The notes: generated by a model not told the origin, from the letters alone. Counted from the stretch's first letter, positions 1 through 8,524 are shown. The stretch is 32,000 nucleotides of DNA from an archaeon (GCA_024277355.1 JAJRVL010000004.1:450001-482000), one strand, 5' to 3'. Numbers and translations are program-made.

Positions 1-424
1 TTGAAAGGTTTATATCCAAATAAGAAGAATAATGTTCTTCTTGTTTGATTGGGTTTACTTCAATTATGTCATAAATAGTAAAAACTTCTTCTTTTTTGAT
101 TGTTTCTTTTATTTCTTTTAACTGTTTTTTAAGCAGTGTTTCTTCAATTGCTAATACTTCAATTGTAATTCTTAATCTTAATTTGTTTTTATCTGTTTCT
201 GCAATCATTTTTCTCTTCCTCACAGCGTCATATATTTCTTTTTTTAATGAATATTTTGTAGGAAAACCTTGTTTTGAGATTACTCCTAATTTAAGCATTC
301 CTTTTAGTTCTGTCAGTAATTTGTCATAAGGAATATTTAATTGCTGTCTTAAATCTTCTGTTGTTTTTGGTTCATGAAGAATAAGCACAGAAATTTTTTT
401 CTGGTTTTCAGTAAACCTTGCCAT
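1..424 (-). CDS. Winged-helix-like DNA-binding protein, partial (C-terminus runs off the left edge)
   Basis: Absent from the ORF track because it is open at the window edge. My translation from the ATG (complement of 422-424) reads MARFTENQKKISVLILHEPKTTEDLRQQLNIPYDKLLTELKGMLKLGVISKQGFPTKYSLKKEIYDAVRKRK..., with no stop down to position 2. The first ~60 aa look like a helix-turn-helix plus wing, followed by a K/E-rich helical segment. The + ORF 96..329 is its F/L/S-rich antisense shadow. Confidence 0.55.
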   Translation of the reverse strand, partial: MARFTENQKKISVLILHEPKTTEDLRQQLNIPYDKLLTELKGMLKLGVISKQGFPTKYSLKKEIYDAVRKRKMIAETDKNKLRLRITIEVLAIEETLLKKQLKEIKETIKKEEVFTIYDIIEVNPIKQEEHYSSYLDINLS

Positions 425-508
425 TAGTAATAAAGGCAAAAAATTGTTTAAAAAGCTTTACTAAAGGAAAAGAATTTAAATAGATAAAAAATAAGTGTTA
501 ATGGTATC

Positions 509-796
509 ATGGTTTTTGAGGACTTAACTAATACTGCAGGCGAAACTGCAGGAAATTTTATTGGAGACCCTTCAATTTTAGTTATAGGAATAGTATTAAT
601 TATTGCTGCAATAATTATTTTTACTGTATTAAAAAAAATAATTGTAAACTCTATTTTAGGTTTAATTGTGTTTGGAATAATTCATTTTGTTGTTGGAATT
701 AATTTGCCTTTTATTCCTACTTTAATTGTTACCGCTATTTTTGGTTTAGCAGGAATAGGCGTAATGCTGGTACTGCATTTTTTAGCAATACTATAA
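509..796 (+). CDS. Small integral membrane protein, BofA-like (pro-sigmaK processing inhibitor family fold)
   Basis: 95 aa with ATG start and 3 hydrophobic helices. The C-terminal pattern GINLPFIPTLIVTAIFGLAGIGVMLVL resembles the BofA family signature (..IN..T..V.G.LGIPGV..L). Confidence 0.55.
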   Translation: MVFEDLTNTAGETAGNFIGDPSILVIGIVLIIAAIIIFTVLKKIIVNSILGLIVFGIIHFVVGINLPFIPTLIVTAIFGLAGIGVMLVLHFLAIL

Positions 797-1789
797 AACA
801 AAATCAGTTTTTGCATTACAGTTTGAACATTTTTCTTTTTTTATTCCTTTTATTTCAGAATTAAAATAAAATCTTGAAACTAAAAGGTTTTTGCATTCAG
901 GACAAAAAGAATTTTCTTCTTTTTTTAAGTTTCCTGCATAAACATATTTTACTTCTTTTTTTTCAGCTAAATCTTTTGCCTGCATTACAGTAAACGGAGA
1001 AGTTGAAGTAAGATAATCTAATTTATATTGAGGGTAAAAAGCAGTGAAATGCAAAGGAATTTTATTAGATAAAGATAAAACAAAATTTATTGTTTCTTCA
1101 AAAAATTCTTTTTTGTCATTAAAAGACGGAACAATTAAATAAGTTAATTCCAAATGAATTTTATTTTTGTAAATCCATTTAATATTTTCTTTTACTTCAT
1201 TAATGTCAATATTGCCGCAGACTTTTTTATAAAAATTTTCATTGCCTTTTAAATCAACATTAATTGCATCAAGATATTTTTTGCTTTCTTTTAATACTTC
1301 TTTTGTCATATAACCATTTGAAACAAATACATTAAACAAATTATTTTCTTTTGCTAATTTCATTATGTCTAAAGCATATTCAATGAAAATAGTTGGTTCA
1401 GTGTAAGTATAAGCTATTCCCTGAACTTTGTTTTTTAATGCTGATTCAATTACTTTTTCAGGAGAAGTAAACTTAATAGAATTAATCATTGATTCATCAA
1501 ACTCTTTTGAAATACTATAATTTTGACAATGCAGACAAGAAAAATTGCATCCAAAAGTACTTACTCCTAAAACTTTTGATGTTGGATGGAAATGAAATAA
1601 AGGTTTTTTTTCTATTGGATCAATTTCTGAAGTTAAATTTTTTCCGTAAACTAAAGAAATTAATTTTCCATTTAAATTCTTTCTAACTAAACAAAAACCT
1701 GCTTTTCCTTCAGGGATTACGCAGTGTCTTTTGCAGGCATTGCATTTGACTAAATTTTTTTCTTTATTCCAAAATAAAGCTTCTTTCAT
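791..1789 (-). CDS. amrS: AmmeMemoRadiSam-system radical SAM enzyme (PflA-like activase family)
   Basis: N-terminal Cys cluster CNACKRHCVIPEGKAGFCLVRKN, radical-SAM CxxxCxxC (GCNFSCLHCQN) and C-terminal zinc ribbon CPECKN...CSNCN. The track start at 1852 is a TTG. The ATG at 1787-1789 (MKEALFWNKEK) matches family N-termini and leaves room for divergent promoters. Confidence 0.8.
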   Translation of the reverse strand: MKEALFWNKEKNLVKCNACKRHCVIPEGKAGFCLVRKNLNGKLISLVYGKNLTSEIDPIEKKPLFHFHPTSKVLGVSTFGCNFSCLHCQNYSISKEFDESMINSIKFTSPEKVIESALKNKVQGIAYTYTEPTIFIEYALDIMKLAKENNLFNVFVSNGYMTKEVLKESKKYLDAINVDLKGNENFYKKVCGNIDINEVKENIKWIYKNKIHLELTYLIVPSFNDKKEFFEETINFVLSLSNKIPLHFTAFYPQYKLDYLTSTSPFTVMQAKDLAEKKEVKYVYAGNLKKEENSFCPECKNLLVSRFYFNSEIKGIKKEKCSNCNAKTDFVL

Positions 1790-1892
1790 AATAAAATAAT
1801 GAATTAAACAAGTTAAAATTAGTTTGATTGAATAAAAATTAAAAAAAAACAAGTAAATTCAATTAAAAAGTATTTGATTCTTTTTTTCTTTA

Positions 1893-3164
1893 ATGAGAGA
1901 GTTTGATTGCGATTTGCATTACCATAGTCCTTACTCTGTTGGAGTAAGCAAAAACATGTTAATTCCAATTATTGCAGAGCAGGCAGAACTAAAAGGATTA
2001 AATTTGCTTAGTTCAGCTGACTGTTTAAATGGGCATTGGCTGAAACATTTAAAACAAAATTTAATTGAAGAAGAAAATGGAATATTTAAAGCAAAAAATA
2101 ATTCAATTAATTTTGTGTTAGGAACTGAAGTGCAGTGTTCTGACAGACTGCATCATGTTGTTTTCTTACCTGACTTTAATGCAATAGAAGAAGTAAGAAA
2201 AAAATTTTCTAATCATACAAGAGAATTAGATTCAATTATGGGAGGAAGGCCGAGATTAAGATTAAATGCAGAACAAGTTGCAGAAATAATTTTTGATGCA
2301 AAAGGAATACTGGGGCCTGCTCATGCTTTTACTCCTTATTTTGGAGTTTTTGCTTATTTTGATTCAATTAAAACAGCTTATGGAGAACAAGGAAAAAAAA
2401 TTTCATTTATGGAATTAGGTTTAAGTGCAGATACTTTTTTAGCAGATAAAATTCCTGAAAACAGAAATTATGTTTTTTTATCTAATTCTGATTCACATTC
2501 TCCCTGGCCGTTTAGATTAGGAAGAGAATTTAACAGAATTAAATTAAAACAACCTTCATTTAAAGAACTGAAAAAAGCATTAGAAAAAAAAGAAGAAAAA
2601 AGAATTTCATTAAACGTGGGATTAGATCCAAAAGAAGGAAAATACCATAGAACTGCTTGTCAAAGCTGTTACTTGAAATATTCTTTAAATGAAGCTGAAA
2701 GAGTTAAATGGAAATGCATTGAATGTGGAAAAGAAATTAAAAGAGGAGTTAAAGAAAGAATTGAAATGCTTTCAGATGGAAAAAATAAAAGTCCTGACTT
2801 TCGCCCTGAATACTTGCATTCACTTCCATTGCAGGAAATAATTCAGAGTTCAGTTAAAATAAAATTAATTACTTCAAACAAAATTCAGGTTTTATGGAAA
2901 AAGTTTGTTGAAGAATTTAATTCAGAAATTAATATTTTAGTTGACGAGCCGATTGAAAATTTAATTAAAGTTGACAAAGATATCGGCGAAAAAATTGACT
3001 GCTTTAGAAAAGGTTTTGTTTTGTTTGAAGAAGGCGGAGGCGGAAAATACGGCAAACCTATAATCTGCAAAAACAAAAAAGAATTTGAACAAAAAAAATT
3101 TGAATTAGAACAAAAAGAAAAAAAACAGTTTTCTTCGGAACAAAAAAAACTTTTCGACTTTTGA
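1893..3164 (+). CDS. Endonuclease Q (PHP-domain, TIGR00375-type)
   Basis: DLHYHSPYS PHP N-terminus, GPAHAFTPY, SNSDSHSP, LGREFNR, zinc ribbon CQSC..CIECG and GGGGKYG. The 423 aa are colinear with Pyrococcus EndoQ as I recall it. The C-terminus is QKKLFDF (PIP-like). Confidence 0.85.
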   Translation: MREFDCDLHYHSPYSVGVSKNMLIPIIAEQAELKGLNLLSSADCLNGHWLKHLKQNLIEEENGIFKAKNNSINFVLGTEVQCSDRLHHVVFLPDFNAIEEVRKKFSNHTRELDSIMGGRPRLRLNAEQVAEIIFDAKGILGPAHAFTPYFGVFAYFDSIKTAYGEQGKKISFMELGLSADTFLADKIPENRNYVFLSNSDSHSPWPFRLGREFNRIKLKQPSFKELKKALEKKEEKRISLNVGLDPKEGKYHRTACQSCYLKYSLNEAERVKWKCIECGKEIKRGVKERIEMLSDGKNKSPDFRPEYLHSLPLQEIIQSSVKIKLITSNKIQVLWKKFVEEFNSEINILVDEPIENLIKVDKDIGEKIDCFRKGFVLFEEGGGGKYGKPIICKNKKEFEQKKFELEQKEKKQFSSEQKKLFDF

Positions 3165-3175
3165 CGAACCAAAAC

Positions 3176-3203
3176 AAATAAAAACTATAGTGCATTATAG
3201 TTT
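3176..3203 (+). promoter_or_regulatory. TATA-like box plus perfect 8-bp inverted repeat (putative TA operator) just upstream of the antitoxin ATG
   Basis: AAATAAAAA at 3176-3184 is centred ~27 nt upstream of the ATG at 3207, as expected for a leaderless archaeal transcript. AAACTATA (3182-3189), N6, TATAGTTT (3196-3203) is a perfect palindrome between the TATA box and the start codon. Confidence 0.4.
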
Positions 3204-3206
3204 ACT

Positions 3207-3425
3207 ATGGCTACAACAATTCAGATTAGCAAAACTCTTCAGACTGCTTTAAAGAAAAAAAAAATTTATGAAAATGAAAGCTATGAAGAACTCATTTGGG
3301 ATTTATTAGAGGATTCAATGGAATTAAATGAAGAGACAAAAAAGAATATTGAAGAAGGTCGAAGAGACTTTAAGAAAGGCAAATTTTACACTTTAGAGCA
3401 GGTAAAAAAAGAAGCAGGCCTATAA
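3207..3425 (+). CDS. Type II antitoxin (small, RHH/CopG-like N-terminus, acidic middle)
   Basis: 72 aa, with its stop codon directly abutting the ATG of a RelE-family toxin (taa|atg). The N-terminus TIQISKTLQTALKKKK..ESYEELIWDLLED resembles small archaeal CopG-type antitoxins. The call rests mainly on position. Confidence 0.6.
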   Translation: MATTIQISKTLQTALKKKKIYENESYEELIWDLLEDSMELNEETKKNIEEGRRDFKKGKFYTLEQVKKEAGL

Positions 3426-3680
3426 ATGTATCAAATTCTCTTCACTACAAAAGCAAAAAAACAATTTTCAAAGCTTGAAAAAAATGTTCAAGAAAGAATT
3501 ATTAGTGCTTTGGAAAGACTTAGATTTAATCCAGAAAAACACATTACTAAACTTGTTAGTTCAAGGCTTTATCGTTTTAGGGTTGGGAATTACAGAATAT
3601 TGCTTGATCTTAAAAAAGAAAAAATTATTGTTTTGGTTGTACAAATAGGACCCAGAAAAAACATTTACAAAGAGCTTTGA
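3426..3680 (+). CDS. relE: RelE/ParE (StbE) family type II toxin, mRNA interferase
   Basis: 84 aa with the YQILFTTKAKKQFSKL...YRFRVGNYRILLDL...IIVLVVQIGPRKNIY pattern, typical of the RelE/ParE toxin family (RxRxGdYRiiY ... RkevY). Confidence 0.85.
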   Translation: MYQILFTTKAKKQFSKLEKNVQERIISALERLRFNPEKHITKLVSSRLYRFRVGNYRILLDLKKEKIIVLVVQIGPRKNIYKEL

Positions 3681-3687
3681 GTTTTAA

Positions 3688-4467
3688 TTACCTTACATAA
3701 GATAATCCTTTTTCTGGAATGTCTGACTGCTGTTCGTCTAATTGTTTGCTTAACTGCTGAAATGCTTTTTCTATTTCTTTTGATTCTTTTTCTATTTGAT
3801 TCATTTTAATTTTAAAACCGAATTTAGCTGAAAGTAATTCAATTAATTTTTTTGCTGCACCATGATCGCCGTAAATTAATCTTGCATTGGTTTCTCCCAT
3901 TAAGCAGGCTCCTTTAATTTTATGTTCTAAACCTAAACCAATAATTAATCCTGCAGCCCCTGAAATTAATCCTTCTTCATGACCTTCAATTGCCTTAAGT
4001 TTTTTGAATGAAGCCAGAGTTTTTTTGTCTGTTGCTGCAACAATTACTTTTGGTTCAGAACTCATTCTTTTTTCGCCTACATTTATTCCGGCTAAAGTAT
4101 AAATTTCTGTTACCCCTAAATTTTTTGCAGTTAAAATTATTTCATTTGCAAATTCATAATGTTCTTTTGCAGCAGAAATGCTTGCATCTAATGCAGGCTG
4201 AACAGGACCAGCTAAAAAAACATAATCTTTTCCTTTAAACTTGAAAGAATAAAACGCATCTTTAATTAATTCAATAACAGAATTTTTGGTATGAACACTT
4301 GGAGGAAAAGAATCAGAAGTTATTTCAGCAATCTTTTCTGCTTTAACCTGTTTCAGCATATAATCCACTGCAATTTTTCCAACTAACCCTATTCCAGGAA
4401 GCCCTGAAAACATTACAGCATTCTTGAATTTTTTTTTCTTTAAAAATTTTACATTAGTCATAAACAT
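3688..4467 (-). CDS. PAC2-family proteasome assembly chaperone-like protein (COG1938)
   Basis: GLPGIGLVGKIAVDYM N-terminal motif, ~260 aa, in the conserved archaeal position downstream of aIF2-alpha. The track start at 4470 is a TTG. The ATG at 4465-4467 overlaps the aIF2-alpha stop as TGATG, which suggests translational coupling. Confidence 0.75.
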   Translation of the reverse strand: MFMTNVKFLKKKKFKNAVMFSGLPGIGLVGKIAVDYMLKQVKAEKIAEITSDSFPPSVHTKNSVIELIKDAFYSFKFKGKDYVFLAGPVQPALDASISAAKEHYEFANEIILTAKNLGVTEIYTLAGINVGEKRMSSEPKVIVAATDKKTLASFKKLKAIEGHEEGLISGAAGLIIGLGLEHKIKGACLMGETNARLIYGDHGAAKKLIELLSAKFGFKIKMNQIEKESKEIEKAFQQLSKQLDEQQSDIPEKGLSYVR

Positions 4468-5231
4468 CAATTTTCTATTCTTTTAAATTCAGCTTTACCG
4501 CCTGATTTAGTTATTATTTTTATTGCTTCTTCAGATGACTCTTTTAATTTTTTTTCTGCTGACTTGTAATCAGAAGAAACAACTTCAATTCGGTATTTTC
4601 CTGAACCAAAATAAATTATTGAATCTTTTCCTGAAATTTTTTGTGCTTTTTCTAATGCTTCTTTTATGACTTCAATTCCATTTTCCTTAAAAGAAGTTAA
4701 ATCAAGAATTCCTTTTACTTTTTTTTGAGGAACAACAACATTTTTTTTAATTAAATCCAGTAAATCAGAACTCCAGGGTTCTTTAATTGAAGAAGGAACT
4801 TTTTCTGTTGAAGCAATTTCATTAAAAGCTAAAGGCAGAGATTCAAATTCATTTAATAATTGTTCAGCAGTGTTTTCCCATACTTCATCAAAAGAAACTT
4901 TTTTTGTTTTAGCTAAAACTTCAAGTAATTTTGTTGCTCTGACTAACCTGTTATATTCTTCTATTTTGTTTCTCTGCATTCCTGAAGAAACTTTAGTTAA
5001 ACTTAAATCAATCTGGTTTTTTGTTGGATCAATTGAAAGAACTTGTGCTGCTCGGATTTGATTTTCTTTAACAAAATTTCTTATATTTTTAACCCATCCT
5101 GAAGTAACCTGAGAAATATGCACAAAACCTTTCTGATGATTGTATTCAAGTAATTCAACAAAAACTCCGTAAGGGAGAACTTTGGTTACTCTTACTATTG
5201 CTACTTCATTTATTTCAGGTATTTCTTCCAT
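4467..5231 (-). CDS. eif2a: Translation initiation factor aIF2 alpha subunit
   Basis: N-terminal S1 domain (EVAIVRVTKVLPYGVFVELLEY..GFVHISQVTSGWVKNIRNFVKENQ), then helical and alpha-beta C-terminal domains; 254 aa. Confidence 0.9.
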   Translation of the reverse strand: MEEIPEINEVAIVRVTKVLPYGVFVELLEYNHQKGFVHISQVTSGWVKNIRNFVKENQIRAAQVLSIDPTKNQIDLSLTKVSSGMQRNKIEEYNRLVRATKLLEVLAKTKKVSFDEVWENTAEQLLNEFESLPLAFNEIASTEKVPSSIKEPWSSDLLDLIKKNVVVPQKKVKGILDLTSFKENGIEVIKEALEKAQKISGKDSIIYFGSGKYRIEVVSSDYKSAEKKLKESSEEAIKIITKSGGKAEFKRIEN

Positions 5232-5240
5232 AAAAATCAG

Positions 5241-5420
5241 TTAAAGTACTTTAATTACTTTTGCTTCAATTACTGCTTTTGAAGCAGAAGGATAAACTAA
5301 AGTTTGTCCGCAATCGCATTTAATTTCTGTTGTTGAAGCAGAAAAAACTTTTCTTTCTTTATTGCATTTAATGCATTTAATCAACAAAAATTTTGTTTTT
5401 GTATTTGGTATGCTTGCCAT
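5241..5420 (-). CDS. rps27e: 30S ribosomal protein S27e
   Basis: 59 aa, just below the ORF-track length cutoff, found by hand: MASIPNTKTKFLLIKCIKCNKERKVFSASTTEIKCDCGQTLVYPSASKAVIEAKVIKVL. It has a C-x2-C...C-x-C zinc ribbon and sits in the conserved position directly upstream of aIF2-alpha. GGTGAT lies upstream of the ATG. Confidence 0.85.
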   Translation of the reverse strand: MASIPNTKTKFLLIKCIKCNKERKVFSASTTEIKCDCGQTLVYPSASKAVIEAKVIKVL

Positions 5421-5431
5421 AATAATATCAC

Positions 5432-5980
5432 CTATAATCTTTCGCCTATTTTTCTTGAAACAAATAGTTTTGCTATTTTTGAAGGCAGTTCAACTGTCTG
5501 TTCTTTTTTAAATGGCCCGTATTCTTTCATATCAGTTCCAATAAAAGAAGGCACATCTGAAAGAATTCTAACTGAAACTTTATTTAAATCTTTTTCTTTG
5601 GTTTTTTTCTGTTTTCCTACAAAAACTGATTCAATTAAAGAATTATGTGATTCAAGAATCTTAAGTATTTCCTTAAACATTTTTTTTTCTTCTGTTGCCA
5701 TTAATTCATTGTTTGGTTCTGCCGTTTTAGAAGAAATTAAAGCTTTATTTAAAATTTTTTTTTCTCTTAAACTTAAAATTTCTTCAACCATTTTTTTTAA
5801 GTTAGTAAAAGTCTTTGCTTTAGCAAAATCTAATTTTTCCATTGAAATAAAATAAGTTTGTTTTTCCTCTAAAATAAAGTCAGTTAAAGAATCAAAAAAA
5901 TCTTCCTGTATTTCAACTAACTTAGATGTGTTTTTTTCTAAACGGTAAATTCTTCTTATTTCATCATAATTTAATTCCAT
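5432..5980 (-). CDS. GINS complex subunit (Gins51/Gins15-type)
   Basis: The N-terminal YDEIRRIYRLEKNTSKLVEI.EDFF pattern is typical of GINS. The start lies 1 nt after the priS stop, and gins51 directly downstream of priS is a known conserved archaeal arrangement. Confidence 0.65.
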   Translation of the reverse strand: MELNYDEIRRIYRLEKNTSKLVEIQEDFFDSLTDFILEEKQTYFISMEKLDFAKAKTFTNLKKMVEEILSLREKKILNKALISSKTAEPNNELMATEEKKMFKEILKILESHNSLIESVFVGKQKKTKEKDLNKVSVRILSDVPSFIGTDMKEYGPFKKEQTVELPSKIAKLFVSRKIGERL

Positions 5981-5981
5981 T

Positions 5982-7205
5982 TTATCTCAACTCAGCTGAA
6001 TTTCTTGCCATTAAATATATTGCTGCAAATTCAGGGAGAATTACTTCCTCTGAATTAAATGGCCCAAAATTTTCTCCATTTAAATAAAATTTTGGTGTTT
6101 CCTTTACAAATACTTTTAATGAATTACTTGAAAAGATTATGCTTTCGTCTAAAGGCTTAAATTCCTTTAATTTTTCTTTTTCAAATGCTTTTCCTAACAG
6201 TCCTGTTGAACCATGAATTGTTTCAGGGACACGTATTATTTTATATAAATCCATTGAAGTCTGTCTGTCTACAAAAAGTTTTTCTTTTTCCACTAAATTC
6301 AATAAAAGAGTTTCCCAGAATTTTTTTGATTTAGAACCAAAAGGAAACAAAAAACCGTTTTTTATTCCTTTTAAAATTAATTCTTTTTTTTCAAGAAATC
6401 TTTTTACAGTTGAAGTCCTTGCATTGCCTAAAGCAGAAATTTCTTCTGTCTGTTCTTTTTCTATCATTTCTTTTAATACAACAAGAAGTTTTTTGCTCCA
6501 GCCAAAAGCATTTTCTTCTTTCATGCATAACATTTTTTGCTTTGAATAAACAAAACCTAATTCTTCTAACTTCAAATCTTTTGCTGTTAAAAAGTCAAGT
6601 AATTCAATTCTTGCAGGCTGACTCATTCCTTGTATTTTTTCATTTCTTAAATGAATATGATATCCTTTTGAACCGGAAAAATTCAATGAAATTCCTTCTG
6701 TAAAATTAAAGTCTTTTTCAAGGAAATCAATTAATTTAAGTGTTTGTTTTTTTGTTGCATCTAAACATTTATTGCAGATCCATTCTGTTTTTTCAATTGA
6801 ATTAGAACCACATGAAGGACAGTTATCAACTAAACCATTTCCTTGTGTTTTGCATTCAGCACATTTCCATGAATCATGGTTTTGCTTGCAGTCAGTTTTA
6901 ATGTCATCTGCATCAAATTCATAAATTAAATCTGACTTTAAATAATTCTTTTTTTCCATTGGTCTTTTTGCAGGGAATTCATATAATGCAGGCGAATAAG
7001 AAACAAAAAAAGGAGTCTGTTCTCTTAAAAAATAATTAAATTCTTTTGAAGAAGCAAAACTATAATGTCTTGAAATAATTTTTTTTCCAAAAACCCCATA
7101 ACCAAATTCTCTTGCAGCTATTTCAGGAACTGAATCAACAAAATTTTCTCTATAATAAGAAGAAAACTTTTTCTGCAAAAAATCAATTGTTTTTTGTTCT
7201 GCCAT
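5982..7205 (-). CDS. priS: DNA primase small (catalytic) subunit PriS
   Basis: Catalytic acidic motif LIYEFDADD, SGSKGYHIHL, RVPETIHGSTG, and inserted zinc-binding cysteines CAECKTQ..CPSCGS..CNKC. Confidence 0.9.
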   Translation of the reverse strand: MAEQKTIDFLQKKFSSYYRENFVDSVPEIAAREFGYGVFGKKIISRHYSFASSKEFNYFLREQTPFFVSYSPALYEFPAKRPMEKKNYLKSDLIYEFDADDIKTDCKQNHDSWKCAECKTQGNGLVDNCPSCGSNSIEKTEWICNKCLDATKKQTLKLIDFLEKDFNFTEGISLNFSGSKGYHIHLRNEKIQGMSQPARIELLDFLTAKDLKLEELGFVYSKQKMLCMKEENAFGWSKKLLVVLKEMIEKEQTEEISALGNARTSTVKRFLEKKELILKGIKNGFLFPFGSKSKKFWETLLLNLVEKEKLFVDRQTSMDLYKIIRVPETIHGSTGLLGKAFEKEKLKEFKPLDESIIFSSNSLKVFVKETPKFYLNGENFGPFNSEEVILPEFAAIYLMARNSAELR

Positions 7206-7304
7206 GCAAAAAAAATTGAAAAGAAATGATTAAAAGATGAAATTTTAAGACAAGCTTGCTAAAAAAAACTTTAAAAAAAGAAAAAAAAGAAAAATATTGA
7301 AAAA

Positions 7305-7436
7305 TCAGAAACTTTCATCTAATGTTTCTTCTGGTTCTTCAACAGGTTCTTCTGGAGTTTCTTCTGGAATTTCTTCAGGGGTTTCTTCTGGAACTCCTTC
7401 CTCTTCTTCCTGGAATTTAATTAAATCTGATTTCAT
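7305..7436 (-). CDS. Hyper-acidic 43-aa protein with PEE(T/I) repeats, unknown function
   Basis: Hand-found ORF below the track cutoff: MKSDLIKFQEEEEGVPEETPEEIPEETPEEPVEEPEETLDESF. GGAGG (complement of 7444-7448) sits 7 nt upstream of the ATG. It is co-oriented between priL and priS. Confidence 0.5.
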   Translation of the reverse strand: MKSDLIKFQEEEEGVPEETPEEIPEETPEEPVEEPEETLDESF

Positions 7437-7483
7437 TTAATTTCCTCCTTAAAGTATTAAATTAAAAGTTAAACATACTGTAT

Positions 7484-8524
7484 TTATTTCTTTTCGGTTT
7501 GTTTTGGTTTATCTTTTTTCAGTTTTTTCAGATTTCTTATATAATAACCTAAAGGGCTTCTAATGCCTTCACAAGAAGAATTCCTTAAACATAATGAATG
7601 GTCAGCTACTTTAGAACAGGAAGGAGAAGAATATCTTGGCTTTGCTTCTTTTCCTTTAATGTTATTGAAATGATATGAAACAGTTTTTTCTTTGAAATTT
7701 GATGCCCTTGAATATAATTTCAGAAAATCCTGTTCTGAAATTCTGGTATTAATTAAAAAGCAAGCTAAATCAAAGTTTCCTATATGTGTTAATTTTGAAC
7801 CTGAAGAAAGTTTTTCATATAAAGAACTCATACACGGAGGAAATAAATCTGGTTTAAGCAAAGCAGAAAACTTGAATTCAGGCAAAGTTTTTCTTAAAGA
7901 AAATAATTCTGCTTTAATTGTTTTTGCATTTTCTGTGAATTGTTTGGGAATGTTTTTTATTTCTAAAGGCAAAGAAAAAAAGATTTTATTGTAAACTAAA
8001 GAAGAAATAAAACGGATCGCATCATTTCTTGTCAAAAAAACTTTTCCTTCTGAAACCTGCTGATTAACTAATTTTAAATTATTAAAAAAAGGCATTGAAA
8101 GGAAATCAGTTAAATTAATGTAAATCAAAAAAGACTTTTTTTCTGGGAAAAAAAACTTTATGTTAAAATCATAAAACAACTGAAATAAAAGTTCGTTTTC
8201 TTCTTCTTTTTCAAGAAATTTAAATGTAGAAGAAGAAAGCATTAAAGAAAATTTTTTATTTAATTCAGGAGAATTAATTAAACTCAATAAAATTTTTGAC
8301 ACTGGAAAAGCATTGATTTCATTTAACATTAATTCAGTTGAAGACGATAATTCATCCATAAAATATTCTTTTTTTCTGAAAGAATTCAGAATCATTATTC
8401 TTGCCCTGTAGTTAATTTCTTCTGAAACATCATCTAAAGTGAATTTTTCTGTTTTAATTAAATTTCTTGCTTTCTCTGAAAAAGGAAATCTTTGAGCAAA
8501 AATTAAATCTTCTTTTGCAGGCAT
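7484..8524 (-). CDS. priL: DNA primase large subunit PriL
   Basis: PPCMSSLYEKLSSGSKLTHIGNFDLACFL signature and C-terminal Fe-S cysteines (SSPSCSKV..HSLCL..SSCEG). Confidence 0.85.
   Translation of the reverse strand: MPAKEDLIFAQRFPFSEKARNLIKTEKFTLDDVSEEINYRARIMILNSFRKKEYFMDELSSSTELMLNEINAFPVSKILLSLINSPELNKKFSLMLSSSTFKFLEKEEENELLFQLFYDFNIKFFFPEKKSFLIYINLTDFLSMPFFNNLKLVNQQVSEGKVFLTRNDAIRFISSLVYNKIFFSLPLEIKNIPKQFTENAKTIKAELFSLRKTLPEFKFSALLKPDLFPPCMSSLYEKLSSGSKLTHIGNFDLACFLINTRISEQDFLKLYSRASNFKEKTVSYHFNNIKGKEAKPRYSSPSCSKVADHSLCLRNSSCEGIRSPLGYYIRNLKKLKKDKPKQTEKK

Noticed and set aside
791-1789. Whether the absence of the AMMECR1 (amrA) and Memo (amrB) partners next to the AmmeMemoRadiSam radical SAM gene is a notable anomaly.
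   Set aside because: The three genes are often unlinked in archaea, and the partners may lie outside this window. That is not informative from 32 kb alone.
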